32,000 nucleotides of DNA, taken from the NCBI GenBank assembly GCA_039920285.1, contig JBDSDX010000001.1, forward strand, positions 630,001 to 662,000, given 5' to 3'. Below are positions 1-8,095 of this stretch, one piece after another (the stretch's first letter is position 1; each line of letters starts with the position of its first letter). The DNA is from Candidatus Saccharimonadota bacterium (GTDB taxonomy: Bacteria; Patescibacteriota; Saccharimonadia; Saccharimonadales; Saccharimonadaceae). The notes beneath the pieces were generated by a model. The model worked only from the letters and a program-made list of their open reading frames with translations, ran no database searches and was not told the origin of the DNA. A program made the position numbers and the translations under genes.

Positions 1-609
1 GAGGATAGGGAGCACGGCACCATCAGATTGGGCATTTAAGAATTTATTTGAGTGCCACGCGGTCGCCAGCGGGCCGGTCTCTGCCTCGCCGTCGCCAACC
101 ACACAGGCGACGATCAAGTCGGGGTTATCAAAGGCGGCACCGAACGCATGACTCAGAGAATACCCCAGTTCACCACCTTCGTGAATTGATCCAGGTACTT
201 GTGGCGAAACGTGGCTCGACAACCCGCCAGGGAATGATGACATTTTAAAGAGGTTGCGAAGACCATTCTCATCTTGAGTCACTTCAGGATAATACTCACT
301 GAATGTCCCTTCGAGGTAGACATTTCCAACAATCGCTGGTCCACCATGTCCTGGTCCTGAAATATAGAGCATGTTTAGATTATCTTTTTTAATCACTCGG
401 TTGAGGTGTGTATAAATAAAGTTTTGGCCTGGTGAGGTTCCCCAGTGTCCGAGAAGTAATTTCTTAACATGTTCAATTTTAAGCGGCTCTTTAAGAAGCG
501 GATTATCACATAAATAGATCTGTCCAACGGTCACATAGTTGGTTGCGCGCCAATAGGCGTCAATGTTCTTGAGCATCTCTTCTGAGAGTGGGGTATCGCT
601 CGGACTCAT
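1..609 (-). CDS. xfp: Phosphoketolase (xylulose-5-P/fructose-6-P), N-terminal 203 codons; gene continues past window start
   Basis: Not in the ORF track because it runs off the edge. Reading the reverse strand from ATG 609..607 gives [33 protein letters not shown]...[15 protein letters not shown]...SGPGHGGPA...[43 protein letters not shown]. This is the conserved TPP-binding N-terminus of phosphoketolases. The frame is open to position 1. Confidence 0.9.
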   Translation of the reverse strand, partial: MSPSDTPLSEEMLKNIDAYWRATNYVTVGQIYLCDNPLLKEPLKIEHVKKLLLGHWGTSPGQNFIYTHLNRVIKKDNLNMLYISGPGHGGPAIVGNVYLEGTFSEYYPEVTQDENGLRNLFKMSSFPGGLSSHVSPQVPGSIHEGGELGYSLSHAFGAAFDNPDLIVACVVGDGEAETGPLATAWHSNKFLNAQSDGAVLPIL

Positions 610-1772
610 ATTGTTTCCTCCTGATGGATATGCTGATAGGCAATCCTGGCTATAACGTTACTTTCATTGGTACTAAACACGTGCACACCCGTCCCACTTC
701 CATCGACAGAAATCGTCAGTTCGTGTCGATCATTTTTTTCATCATCAATCTGAATACCCAAATATTCCAACCCGTCGCATATGCGTTTTCGAAGTACCGA
801 CGACTGTTCACCAATACCACCTGAGAATACGAGACTATCGACACCACCTAAACTCGCACTCAAAGCTCCGATGGCTTTTTTGACATCATAACAAAATAGT
901 TCAACAGCCTCAGCTGATTCTGGGCGAATAGACGCTTCATCAATTAATGTGTGCATATCAGCCGACGAACCAGACACTCCGAGTAAGCCAGATTCATAAT
1001 TAACCATGTGGTTATACTGTTCGATAGTCATGTCGTACTTTTTATGTAAGTACCATACAAGCCCCGTATCAACATCGCCGGACCTCGTACTCATCACCAC
1101 ACCCGAGGCAGGCGTGAGACCCATCGTCGTGTCGATTGGTTTCATATCTTTCGTTGCAGTCAGACTCGCACCGCTTCCAAGATGGGCAAAGATAATGCGT
1201 CCATGAGCCACCACGTCACCAAACTCGTGTTTTACGGCTGACAGTAAGTACTCGTATGAAAGCCCGTGAAACCCATAGCGACGGAGTCCGTCAGATTGAT
1301 ACTGACGAGGAATCGGAAGGAGTTGAGCAATTCGAGGTAAGTCATTATAAAAAGTCGTGTCATAGCAGGCGACATGTCGCACATCGGGAAAACGCGTCAT
1401 CACTACTTCAAGCGCTTTCAGAAACGGCACGGTATGTTCAGGGTCGAGTTTATTATCAGCTTGAAGTCGTTGAATAAAGGAATCATCAATATCTTGTGGG
1501 CCACTTTGGCCTTGGCCACCGTATACAACCCTATAGCCGACCGCCGAAAGAGTCGACGTGTCGATTTTTGTATTCAATTCATCAATAAGTGATTCGATAG
1601 TCTGCTGGTGATCGCCACCGCTTGTTGAAACGGTCGCGAGCGGAGTAATTTCAAAAGATTCATCAATGGATACAACCGCGAGTTTGATACTCGAGGACCC
1701 CACGTTAACCGTCAATATGTTAGTGCTTATTCCCACCGATTCATAATAACAGAGTGGGGCAGATAGATACAC
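606..1772 (-). CDS. ackA: Acetate kinase
   Basis: 388-aa ORF with acetate/propionate kinase motifs: [40 protein letters not shown]. The stop TGA overlaps the xfp ATG (ATGA at 606-609). The start is uncertain. The track start at 1772 is GTG and sits inside a 9-bp hairpin (1756-1764/1775-1783). GTG 1736 or TTG 1715 would give a more typical N-terminus. Confidence 0.9.
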   Translation of the reverse strand: MYLSAPLCYYESVGISTNILTVNVGSSSIKLAVVSIDESFEITPLATVSTSGGDHQQTIESLIDELNTKIDTSTLSAVGYRVVYGGQGQSGPQDIDDSFIQRLQADNKLDPEHTVPFLKALEVVMTRFPDVRHVACYDTTFYNDLPRIAQLLPIPRQYQSDGLRRYGFHGLSYEYLLSAVKHEFGDVVAHGRIIFAHLGSGASLTATKDMKPIDTTMGLTPASGVVMSTRSGDVDTGLVWYLHKKYDMTIEQYNHMVNYESGLLGVSGSSADMHTLIDEASIRPESAEAVELFCYDVKKAIGALSASLGGVDSLVFSGGIGEQSSVLRKRICDGLEYLGIQIDDEKNDRHELTISVDGSGTGVHVFSTNESNVIARIAYQHIHQEETI

Positions 1773-1811
1773 TGATCTGCCCCAGATAATAAGCAGCTGT
1801 CTATCGATTGT

Positions 1812-1820
1812 TGCTATAAT
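1812..1820 (+). promoter_or_regulatory. Extended -10 box TGCTATAAT
   Basis: Exact TGnTATAAT. It lies 27 nt upstream of a GTG-initiated mini-ORF that has a GAAAGGG Shine-Dalgarno. The same 9-mer recurs upstream of two other genes in the window (8575-8583, 22723-22731). Confidence 0.4.
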
Positions 1821-1846
1821 GAAATCATTACACGAAAGGGCGTACT

Positions 1847-1918
1847 GTGTCTAAAGGAACCAACCACAAAAAAGCGGTGAAAAAACCAAAAAAGTCTAAG
1901 GTCATTACCGCTGTTTAA
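1847..1918 (+). CDS. Possible 23-aa lysine-rich micro-protein (VSKGTNHKKAVKKPKKSKVITAV)
   Basis: GTG start 6 nt after GAAAGGG, preceded by the TGCTATAAT box and followed by hairpins and a terminator. It is too short for the ORF track and I recognise no family. Confidence 0.25.
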   Translation: MSKGTNHKKAVKKPKKSKVITAV

Positions 1919-2005
1919 CAGCGAAGTAGAAGTAAACCCAGAAGATTCATGGTCCATAAAGTGTCGTGAATCTTATTTAATACTGATGTATTTAGGAATT
2001 AAAAT

Positions 2006-2038
2006 AGCCCTACTCGGGCAAAACCGGTAGGGCTTTTT
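2006..2038. terminator. Intrinsic terminator hairpin, probably bidirectional
   Basis: AGCCCTAC-t-CGG / CCG-GTAGGGCT stem followed by TTTTT on the + strand and preceded by an A-rich run (T-run on the - strand). Confidence 0.6.
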
Positions 2039-2082
2039 GGCTTACTTCAAGGGTATAACACCGCGCTTGAAGTAAGTGGGTT

Positions 2083-2113
2083 GGGGTGCACCGGTAGAAA
2101 ACCGATGCACCCC
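2083..2113 (-). terminator. Stem-loop 25 nt downstream of the flotillin stop
   Basis: GGGGTGCA-c-CGGT / ACCG-a-TGCACCCC, 12 paired bases. There is no clear U-run, so its function as a terminator is tentative. Confidence 0.35.
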
Positions 2114-2138
2114 AACAACACTATGTGATACTCGTGCG

Positions 2139-4064
2139 TTAGCTCTTCTTGCGAGAACGCGACTTGCCGGCCTTTAGACCAGCGTCGAGCAGCTCACCAG
2201 GTGTGAACCTGCGACCAAGCAGGCCTTCTAGGGCCGAGATGTCGACACCGAAACGCTCAGCAATGTCAGTTGCCGAAACGCCACTTTCGGTTGCCTCCGC
2301 CAGTGCCTGTTCAAGCGTTGCACGATCGAGCGACGAATCCACTTCAGCCACCACAGGGGCGGCTGATTCTTGTGCTTCGACGAATGTCGAAGGTGCGGTT
2401 GCTGTCGGCTCGACAGGAGATGCCGGTTCGACAATCGGCTGCACAACGGCTACCGACGCAGACACAGGCATCTCGCTGGTGGGCGAGGGACTGGTCACTG
2501 TCGAAACAGGTGTCGGCGACTCGACGGCGACGGAAGTCGCAGCCGGAACATCAGACACCTTGCCGCCGTTTCGGATAGCAGCGAGAGTCGCCCCGAGCGC
2601 TCCACCTATGGTGGAATCGAGGAGACCTTCGCTCCGAACATCGATCTTCGCCAACAAATCGGGTAGGTTACCGAGTACTCTGGAGACCAAGTCTCCGTTG
2701 TCACCGTTTGCCCCACCCATGTCGACGAATCGTGCATTCTTGCCGACTTCTGCCATCACCTGTCCGACGTTCGTCGAAATGGTGATACGAGCATGAGCCT
2801 CGACTTCTGCCAGCGCCACCGTAAGGTTAGCGCCGCCTTCTGCCGCCAGTGCCTGAGCCATCAGGAGCTGAGCATTCGCCTCGGCTTCACCGAGAGCCTG
2901 CTTTGCGGCAGCCTCCGCTTCACCTTGCGCCCGAGCCACTTCAGCTGCAGCCAGACCCGTCTCACGGGTCTGGTGTGCACGTGCTTCAGTGGTGCGGTTG
3001 ATCGCGTCGGCTTCACCTTGCGCCCGAATAGTCGCGGCGTCGGCGTCGGCTTGCGCCGTCCGCCTCGTCACTTCCGCAGACGCGTCAGCTTCAATCTCTA
3101 GCTTCCTCTGAGCAGTCTCCGCTTCAGTCACCTCGACATCACGTCGGGCAGTTGCTGCAGCTTGACGCTGCTGCTCCTTGATGACAGCTACGGCACCCTC
3201 TCGGGTTGCGAGCTCCTGATTACGAAGCTCTGTTTGGAGTTGGCCAGCGATGTTCGCATCGGCTTGGGCTAGATCTGTCTCCGCTCTCACGGCTGCTTCT
3301 CGCAGAGTGACTTCACGAGCCTGTTCGACGACCGCCAGGTCGCGCTTTTGTTCCGCAGCCTTGGAGGCGTTGTCAGCCTCGGCAGCGCGGATTGCGATGC
3401 TTTGGTCGGCGTCAGCCTTGAGGTTGGCAGCAGTTGTGCGCTTCTCCTCACGATCCTTCGCCGACAGGTGGTCGTAGTACTCGTTGGGATCGGTGATCTT
3501 ACCGATATTGAGCGAGACTAGCTTGAAGCCCAGGTCAGCCATGCTATCCCGGACACCAGTGTTGACCTTCTCGGCGAAACCGGCCTTATCACGGACCAGG
3601 TCTTCCGGGGTGAGCGTCGCAATGACAGCACGCACTTCTCCCTCCAGCGTCTGCTGAAGAGAGTCTGCGATCTTACCCTCGTAGTTGGTAAAACCGAGGA
3701 TGGCATTGCGAAGCGACTCATTGAGATTGCCGTTCTCGTCTTTCGACGTGTCGGCACGTAGCTGTGCAGTCCACTCAACGATCACGTTGACCATAGTGGT
3801 TGTCTGCGTCGCTTCGTTGGTCGACGTCACCGTCATCAGACCAAGATCAAAGAACTCGGCCTTACGGAATGGTGGTACGAAAGCACCACCACCCACTCGA
3901 ATAAGTGGGTCGCCCTTGCCGCCGGTGATCACGATCGCCTGGTTGGCGTCCGCAATCTTGTAGCGTGCACGAACATAGACCATGGTGACAATTGCCACGA
4001 TGACCACGATAGGAATAGCCATGATCCAACCGATGCTGGAAAGAAAGCTGAAGAAATCGTTCAA
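2139..4064 (-). CDS. Flotillin-like SPFH/band-7 protein with extended C-terminus
   Basis: 641 aa. TTG start with AAAGG 8 nt upstream. It has an N-terminal hydrophobic hairpin, an SPFH core (AIVITGGKG, FFDLGLMTV, VIVEWTAQLR), and a long Ala/Glu/Arg coiled coil with RAQGEA repeats. These are followed by a Pro/Thr/Ser/Val-rich linker and a ~70-aa tail. Confidence 0.85.
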   Translation of the reverse strand: MNDFFSFLSSIGWIMAIPIVVIVAIVTMVYVRARYKIADANQAIVITGGKGDPLIRVGGGAFVPPFRKAEFFDLGLMTVTSTNEATQTTTMVNVIVEWTAQLRADTSKDENGNLNESLRNAILGFTNYEGKIADSLQQTLEGEVRAVIATLTPEDLVRDKAGFAEKVNTGVRDSMADLGFKLVSLNIGKITDPNEYYDHLSAKDREEKRTTAANLKADADQSIAIRAAEADNASKAAEQKRDLAVVEQAREVTLREAAVRAETDLAQADANIAGQLQTELRNQELATREGAVAVIKEQQRQAAATARRDVEVTEAETAQRKLEIEADASAEVTRRTAQADADAATIRAQGEADAINRTTEARAHQTRETGLAAAEVARAQGEAEAAAKQALGEAEANAQLLMAQALAAEGGANLTVALAEVEAHARITISTNVGQVMAEVGKNARFVDMGGANGDNGDLVSRVLGNLPDLLAKIDVRSEGLLDSTIGGALGATLAAIRNGGKVSDVPAATSVAVESPTPVSTVTSPSPTSEMPVSASVAVVQPIVEPASPVEPTATAPSTFVEAQESAAPVVAEVDSSLDRATLEQALAEATESGVSATDIAERFGVDISALEGLLGRRFTPGELLDAGLKAGKSRSRKKS

Positions 4065-4285
4065 GGGTCTAGCCTTTCATTTGGAGGAACTAACTGCGGA
4101 CGCAGATAGTCACATAGTGCTGAATTGTGAGGTTCGCTGCGTCCCACCTACAGTAGTATTATTTTAGACTATAATTGTGAAAAAGTCAAGCAACTCTACA
4201 CTGGTCAGCATACAACACACCACATATTGAAAAATATGCAATTTAAGTGCATAATAATTGAGCAATTGCACCCCGAGATGGAAGG

Positions 4286-5212
4286 ATGGATGCAATGACA
4301 ATCGGATGGGTACTAGGAGTCATCGGCGCGATTATCGTGCTGTGGATTATCTGGGGAATCGTAAACCACACCGTCATCAAGCCGAGACGTCGCAGACTGC
4401 GACATGAGGCATGGCAGTTACAAGAGCGCACCGAGTGGCTCGACAAGTTCGCGACACTGAACACGGACGAGAAACTCGCCTGGATGCACAAACCAGACGA
4501 GCGCTGGGCGAATGCTGAGACCGCCGCCGCGGTTGAAGCAATTAATGAGGCTGAGGTCCGAGAAGAGGCCCGAATCCTTGCCGAACGCACAGGTGAAGCG
4601 ACGCAGTTCTACGCCAAACTACGTCTACTCACCGACGTTCGAGAGCGCTGGGCACTGCTCAAGGATGCACCGGAAGGTCCGGAATACGTCGATGACGGTG
4701 AGACAAGCCTGAACGACTACTGGAAAATGGGGATGAAGCAGTATGCCAAGCTCCTCCTTGATGAGGTCCGCAGCGGTAACGCTGCAAGCTTCTTCGAGCT
4801 TTCTGATCTGGTCTTTGCTGACCAGTACGACGATAACAGCTACCGGTACATTGTCGGGAAGAAGTTCAACGTTCCAAAAGACTGGGACGAGCTAGTAACG
4901 ACGTTCTTCAAGAATCCATCGGTCAAGCAGTTCTGTAACCAGCGGGACTACGCTCCGAACGAGATTCTGCTGGTAGCCACTGAGGCTCTCCGCACCCACT
5001 CGTTTATCGCAGCCAAGCATGTACTGGCATACAGCATGGTTTCCGACGAGCACAACTCGGGTTACGGCTCGAGTCGACACTCGCAGAGGTACTGGCCGTA
5101 CCGCGATGCGATCGGCGAGCTTCTACTCACCGAGTTGGCAGCGATGGTGGATAGCGTGCACGTAACGCGTGGACTGTTCCAGCACGAAGTGGCAACAACC
5201 GTCGTCGAGTAA
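4286..5212 (+). CDS. Hypothetical membrane-anchored protein
   Basis: 308 aa. One N-terminal TM helix (IGWVLGVIGAIIVLWIIWGIV) followed by KPRRRR. I recognise nothing in the rest of the protein. ATG 4295 has better SD spacing (GGAAGG). It is followed by two hairpins. Confidence 0.6.
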   Translation: MDAMTIGWVLGVIGAIIVLWIIWGIVNHTVIKPRRRRLRHEAWQLQERTEWLDKFATLNTDEKLAWMHKPDERWANAETAAAVEAINEAEVREEARILAERTGEATQFYAKLRLLTDVRERWALLKDAPEGPEYVDDGETSLNDYWKMGMKQYAKLLLDEVRSGNAASFFELSDLVFADQYDDNSYRYIVGKKFNVPKDWDELVTTFFKNPSVKQFCNQRDYAPNEILLVATEALRTHSFIAAKHVLAYSMVSDEHNSGYGSSRHSQRYWPYRDAIGELLLTELAAMVDSVHVTRGLFQHEVATTVVE

Positions 5213-5227
5213 TCCTCGATCATTAGA

Positions 5228-5263
5228 GAGGGTGACCGAGAGCTAACACTCTCGGTCACCCTC
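5228..5263 (+). other. Perfect 15-bp stem-loop
   Basis: GAGGGTGACCGAGAG (5228-5242), 6-nt loop, CTCTCGGTCACCCTC (5249-5263). It lies 16 nt after the stop of the 4286-5212 gene. Confidence 0.6.
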
Positions 5264-5267
5264 CAAC

Positions 5268-5290
5268 AACACCTTCGGGTGTTATTTTTA
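5268..5290 (+). terminator. Canonical intrinsic terminator
   Basis: AACACC-TTCG-GGTGTT stem-loop (UUCG tetraloop) followed by ATTTTTA. Confidence 0.65.
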
Positions 5291-5332
5291 TACCAAATGA
5301 GACCCAATTGGGTCTCATTTCTATAATAATTT

Positions 5333-5366
5333 TGGCTGAGTGTCTGGGTCTAGAACCTACTCTCTG
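5333..5366 (-). repeat. Degenerate tRNA 3'-end copy A (B-type)
   Basis: The reverse complement ends ...GGTTCTAGACCCAGACACTCAGCCA, against copy B ...GGTTCGAATCCCTCCCTCTCAGCCA (16/25 identical). The flank ATAATAATTTTGGCTG is 15/16 identical to the flank of copy C. A GAGACCC-N4-GGGTCTC hairpin sits beside it at 5295-5320. Confidence 0.5.
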
Positions 5367-5438
5367 ACAATACTCTTCTTATACTCATCAGCCAGCGTAT
5401 AGATCGATATATCTTCAAGTTTCATATACACTAATTAC

Positions 5439-5978
5439 ATGAATGTCAAAAAGATAATCATATTTCATGGAACCGATGGTAATCCGCAAGCATGCTGGTA
5501 TCCTTGGTTGCGCAACAAACTTGAGGCTCGAGGCTACCAGGTTTCAGTTCCTTATTTTCCAGAGATGAACAAAGAGCCGATCGATACATTTATCAAAAAG
5601 GTCCTAACCGCCCATACAATCGATGGGGAAACGGTACTTATAGGCCATTCCGGTGGTGCTGCGCTGGTTCTTAGTGTATTAGAGCATATTCAGGTGCAAG
5701 TACCCCAAGCTATGCTAGTGGCCGGCTACTCAACTCGGCCAAATGAGAGTGAAGAACCCGTCTTGCAACCTACCTACGACTGGAGAAAGATGCGCAACAA
5801 TGTCCGTGATATATATATAATAAATTCAGTTAATGACCCTTATGGATGCGATGAAAAACAAGGTCGAGTACTCTTTGATAATTTAGGTGGAACGCAAATC
5901 GTTTGTGACGAAGGTCATTTTGGTGATTTTGATCAACACTACCCGACCTTTGATCTGCTTGAAAAATTAATCAATTAG
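5439..5978 (+). CDS. YdeN/RBBP9-type alpha/beta serine hydrolase
   Basis: 179 aa. Motifs: IIIFHGTDGNP..WYPWL, nucleophile elbow GHSGGA, and a late NDPY and GHF. The family assignment is from motif memory. Confidence 0.7.
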   Translation: MNVKKIIIFHGTDGNPQACWYPWLRNKLEARGYQVSVPYFPEMNKEPIDTFIKKVLTAHTIDGETVLIGHSGGAALVLSVLEHIQVQVPQAMLVAGYSTRPNESEEPVLQPTYDWRKMRNNVRDIYIINSVNDPYGCDEKQGRVLFDNLGGTQIVCDEGHFGDFDQHYPTFDLLEKLIN

Positions 5979-6099
5979 GATATGGGCCGGGATGTGAGTA
6001 TTCATCTTAATCACTAATCCAGGACAGAGTAAACGTATTACCTTGCGGTACATAAAAGCAATTGAGACCCATACGGGTCTCAATTCTATGTGTCGCATC

Positions 6100-6133
6100 T
6101 GGCTGAGAGGGAGGGATTCGAACCCCCGAATGC
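6100..6133 (-). repeat. tRNA-Gln-type 3'-end fragment B (CCA, acceptor strand, T arm, start of variable loop)
   Basis: TGGCTGAGAGGGAGGGATTCGAACCCCCGAATGC is 32/34 identical to 8593-8626 of the intact tRNA-Gln. Both differences are in the acceptor strand. There is no 5' half. The homology ends within the stop codon of the adjacent ORF. Confidence 0.85.
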
Positions 6134-7293
6134 TATTTAGTTACGCGAAATCCTACTAATGTACTCGTCAATGTGGGTGAATACCCGAGGGTCAATCGAT
6201 ACAGCCCAGCATAGGCAGCGTCATCCATATATCCACCTCTTATAAAACCTCTTAAAGAAAGATCATCGCTATTAGACTGGATATGTCCAATGCCGTTCGT
6301 AGGAGAAGTTAGTGTTGCTGCTATTGCATTCGCATATGCTGGATTAGGATTTGGGGATACAGTACCTAGATTTGGTAAAGAGTTCCATTGGCGCCAGTTG
6401 TTGCCTGAGCCTCCAGGTTGTCCACCAGTGGTTTGACCACTTGTCCATTCCCACACATTTCCTATCAGATCCCATATAACATTGCCATTACTGAGAGTGA
6501 GCGTCCGCCGCTGAGTTCCACTTACATTACCAGTATTTGCATAGCCATTAGCATCGCTTACGTCTGCAACAATTGCTGTCGTTGGACTATTGTCGTTGTG
6601 CCCTGAGTATATATATCCGCTTCCTACTATTCCGCTCGACCAGTTGCTACTCACATTAAAGATATTCTGTGTAATGGTTAGCCATTCTGCTTCGGTAATC
6701 AAGTGACACCCGCTACACGCGGCTGACGACGCCGTCGTTACGTCTGATTGCGTCACAGACACCCATGGCGTTCCCGTTGCTTGGCTCGTGGCAATGCCAC
6801 CCACGTTCTTTGCTTCATATTTCATTACACAAAAAGCTTGAGTGCCATACAGACTCGAGCCAGGAACGACAATATAATTCGTTGGGCATGACGAGCCGTT
6901 ATCAAGTGTCGTAGGCGATACTCCAGTATGCCCTGGGCACGGTCCGAGTACTATCGAACCATTATTTGCAATATGTGCACTCACACTGTTAATTGTTGCA
7001 GTTACACAATAATTATTCGGTGAAACAGCCGTATTAAGTATGTACTGATAGGTTGTTGCGTCATTCGTGACCCCAGCGGCACCAAGTGTTGATGGAAATT
7101 GGTCATTATTTAGTTGTGTATAAGCAATAATTTTTCGACTTGCCTGCGCGACACCAGTAGTGACTGCTGCTCTATTCGCTTTATTCTGAATACCAGTAAA
7201 CGAAACTATTGTAATAGCGGCAAGTATACCAATGACAACAATGACAATAAGCAACTCAACGATCGTAAATCCTCTTTGCTTATTGACTTTCAT
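6133..7293 (-). CDS. Type IV prepilin-like N-terminus fused to an FGE-sulfatase/SUMF1-like domain
   Basis: 386 aa. KQRG|FTIVELLIVIVVIGILAAI is the prepilin cleavage/methylation motif (Gly-1, Phe+1, Glu+5). The C-terminal ~230 aa carry FGE-sulfatase family signatures: HLITEAEW, GNVWEWTSG, RGG, GFRV. SD AAGGGG lies upstream. Confidence 0.8.
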   Translation of the reverse strand: MKVNKQRGFTIVELLIVIVVIGILAAITIVSFTGIQNKANRAAVTTGVAQASRKIIAYTQLNNDQFPSTLGAAGVTNDATTYQYILNTAVSPNNYCVTATINSVSAHIANNGSIVLGPCPGHTGVSPTTLDNGSSCPTNYIVVPGSSLYGTQAFCVMKYEAKNVGGIATSQATGTPWVSVTQSDVTTASSAACSGCHLITEAEWLTITQNIFNVSSNWSSGIVGSGYIYSGHNDNSPTTAIVADVSDANGYANTGNVSGTQRRTLTLSNGNVIWDLIGNVWEWTSGQTTGGQPGGSGNNWRQWNSLPNLGTVSPNPNPAYANAIAATLTSPTNGIGHIQSNSDDLSLRGFIRGGYMDDAAYAGLYRLTLGYSPTLTSTLVGFRVTK

Positions 7294-7365
7294 ACTTATT
7301 GTTGCCCCTTTGTTCCCATGATAGCAAAAAAAGACGATTACTCGTCATTTTAAACATAATAATCT

Positions 7366-7389
7366 TGGCTGGGATGGAGGGATTCGAAC
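7366..7389 (-). repeat. tRNA-Gln 3'-end fragment C
   Basis: TGGCTGGGATGGAGGGATTCGAAC is 24/24 identical to 8593-8616. Homology is then lost. The 5' T-stem strand is absent, so it cannot fold as a tRNA. Confidence 0.85.
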
Positions 7390-7406
7390 ATACCCGTACA
7401 GATGAT

Positions 7407-7892
7407 CTAAACCCATCTTCGAATTGATTGTCTGTATTGGGTGTATGATTTCCCGAAAGCTACTTCAAGCTTTTTCTCTTCATATGGAATGACGATAAAG
7501 TTTAGAACAAGAAAATAAACGACTGGGCCGATGAACGCGGCTAGCGAACCTACTAAAGTCGCCACCCCAACTATGAGAGTAAGTTCAGCGAGATAAAGTG
7601 GGTTGCGGCTTACGGAAAAGAATTTACTTGTAATTAGTTGCTCTGATGTTTTAACGACGTCCGTCGAGCCTCCGCGGCGTATCATAAATACCAGTATAGC
7701 AACACTACACCCTATTCCTCCGATAATTAGCATGGCACCCAAAATGGAATTGACGGCTGCTGGAAAAACTTGAGGTCCAGGAATCAACTTACCTAGAAGT
7801 AGCGCACCCATGATGGTACTCAAAAGTGTTAGATCAGGTAGTGCATTTATTAACTTATCTTTCATAGCTTTCTCGTAGTATACCAGTTTCAC
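7407..7892 (-). CDS. Isoprenylcysteine carboxyl / phospholipid methyltransferase family membrane protein
   Basis: 161 aa and multi-TM. It has the SRNPLYLAEL motif and a C-terminal EEKKLEVAFGKSYTQYRQSIRRWV, which fits the ICMT/PEMT family pattern RNPxY ... EExxL..FG..Y..Y. The track start is GTG; ATG 7865 is an alternative. Confidence 0.7.
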   Translation of the reverse strand: MKLVYYEKAMKDKLINALPDLTLLSTIMGALLLGKLIPGPQVFPAAVNSILGAMLIIGGIGCSVAILVFMIRRGGSTDVVKTSEQLITSKFFSVSRNPLYLAELTLIVGVATLVGSLAAFIGPVVYFLVLNFIVIPYEEKKLEVAFGKSYTQYRQSIRRWV

Positions 7893-8066
7893 GACACCCA
7901 GATGAGCACGTAATCATACCATGCAAGATACACCCCAATTAGGATCAATACATCTTATTAGGGTAAGCCAATACTGACATCACCTTCGATAAGTATATTT
8001 TTAATTCTTTAATCATACCAAAAACAAATAGACTCCACGAATGAAGTCTATTTATATAAATAATCT

Positions 8067-8095
8067 TGGCTGGGGAGATGGTTCTGGAATAGAAC
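8067..8095 (-). repeat. Degenerate tRNA 3'-end copy D
   Basis: AATAATCTTGGCTGGG (8061-8076) is 16/16 identical to the flank plus acceptor of copy C. The T-arm region is decayed (GATGGTTCTGGAATAGAAC). An 8-bp hairpin, AATAGACT/AGTCTATT, sits beside it. Confidence 0.5.

Noticed and set aside
2038-2079. An 11-bp hairpin directly followed (on the - strand) by CCA, as a sixth tRNA-derived remnant or minihelix. It shares TTTTGGCT with copy A.
   Set aside because: Only 8 nt are shared. There is no T-loop (TTCGAAT-like) sequence and the loop is 14 nt. The evidence is too weak, and it is more simply one of a cluster of terminator-like hairpins.
2149-3963. Several long + strand ORFs (215, 102, 98, 102, 75 and 92 aa) antisense to the flotillin gene.
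   Set aside because: They are shadow ORFs typical of a GC-rich, Ala/Glu-rich coding region. They have Arg/Ser/Cys-rich low-complexity products and no SD. The minus-strand product has clear SPFH/flotillin motifs.
7366-7440. Copy C as a complete second tRNA gene.
   Set aside because: The reverse complement lacks a pairing partner for the T stem (GTATG vs CCCTC). It has no D or anticodon arms. The would-be 5' part is the end of the ICMT-like ORF.
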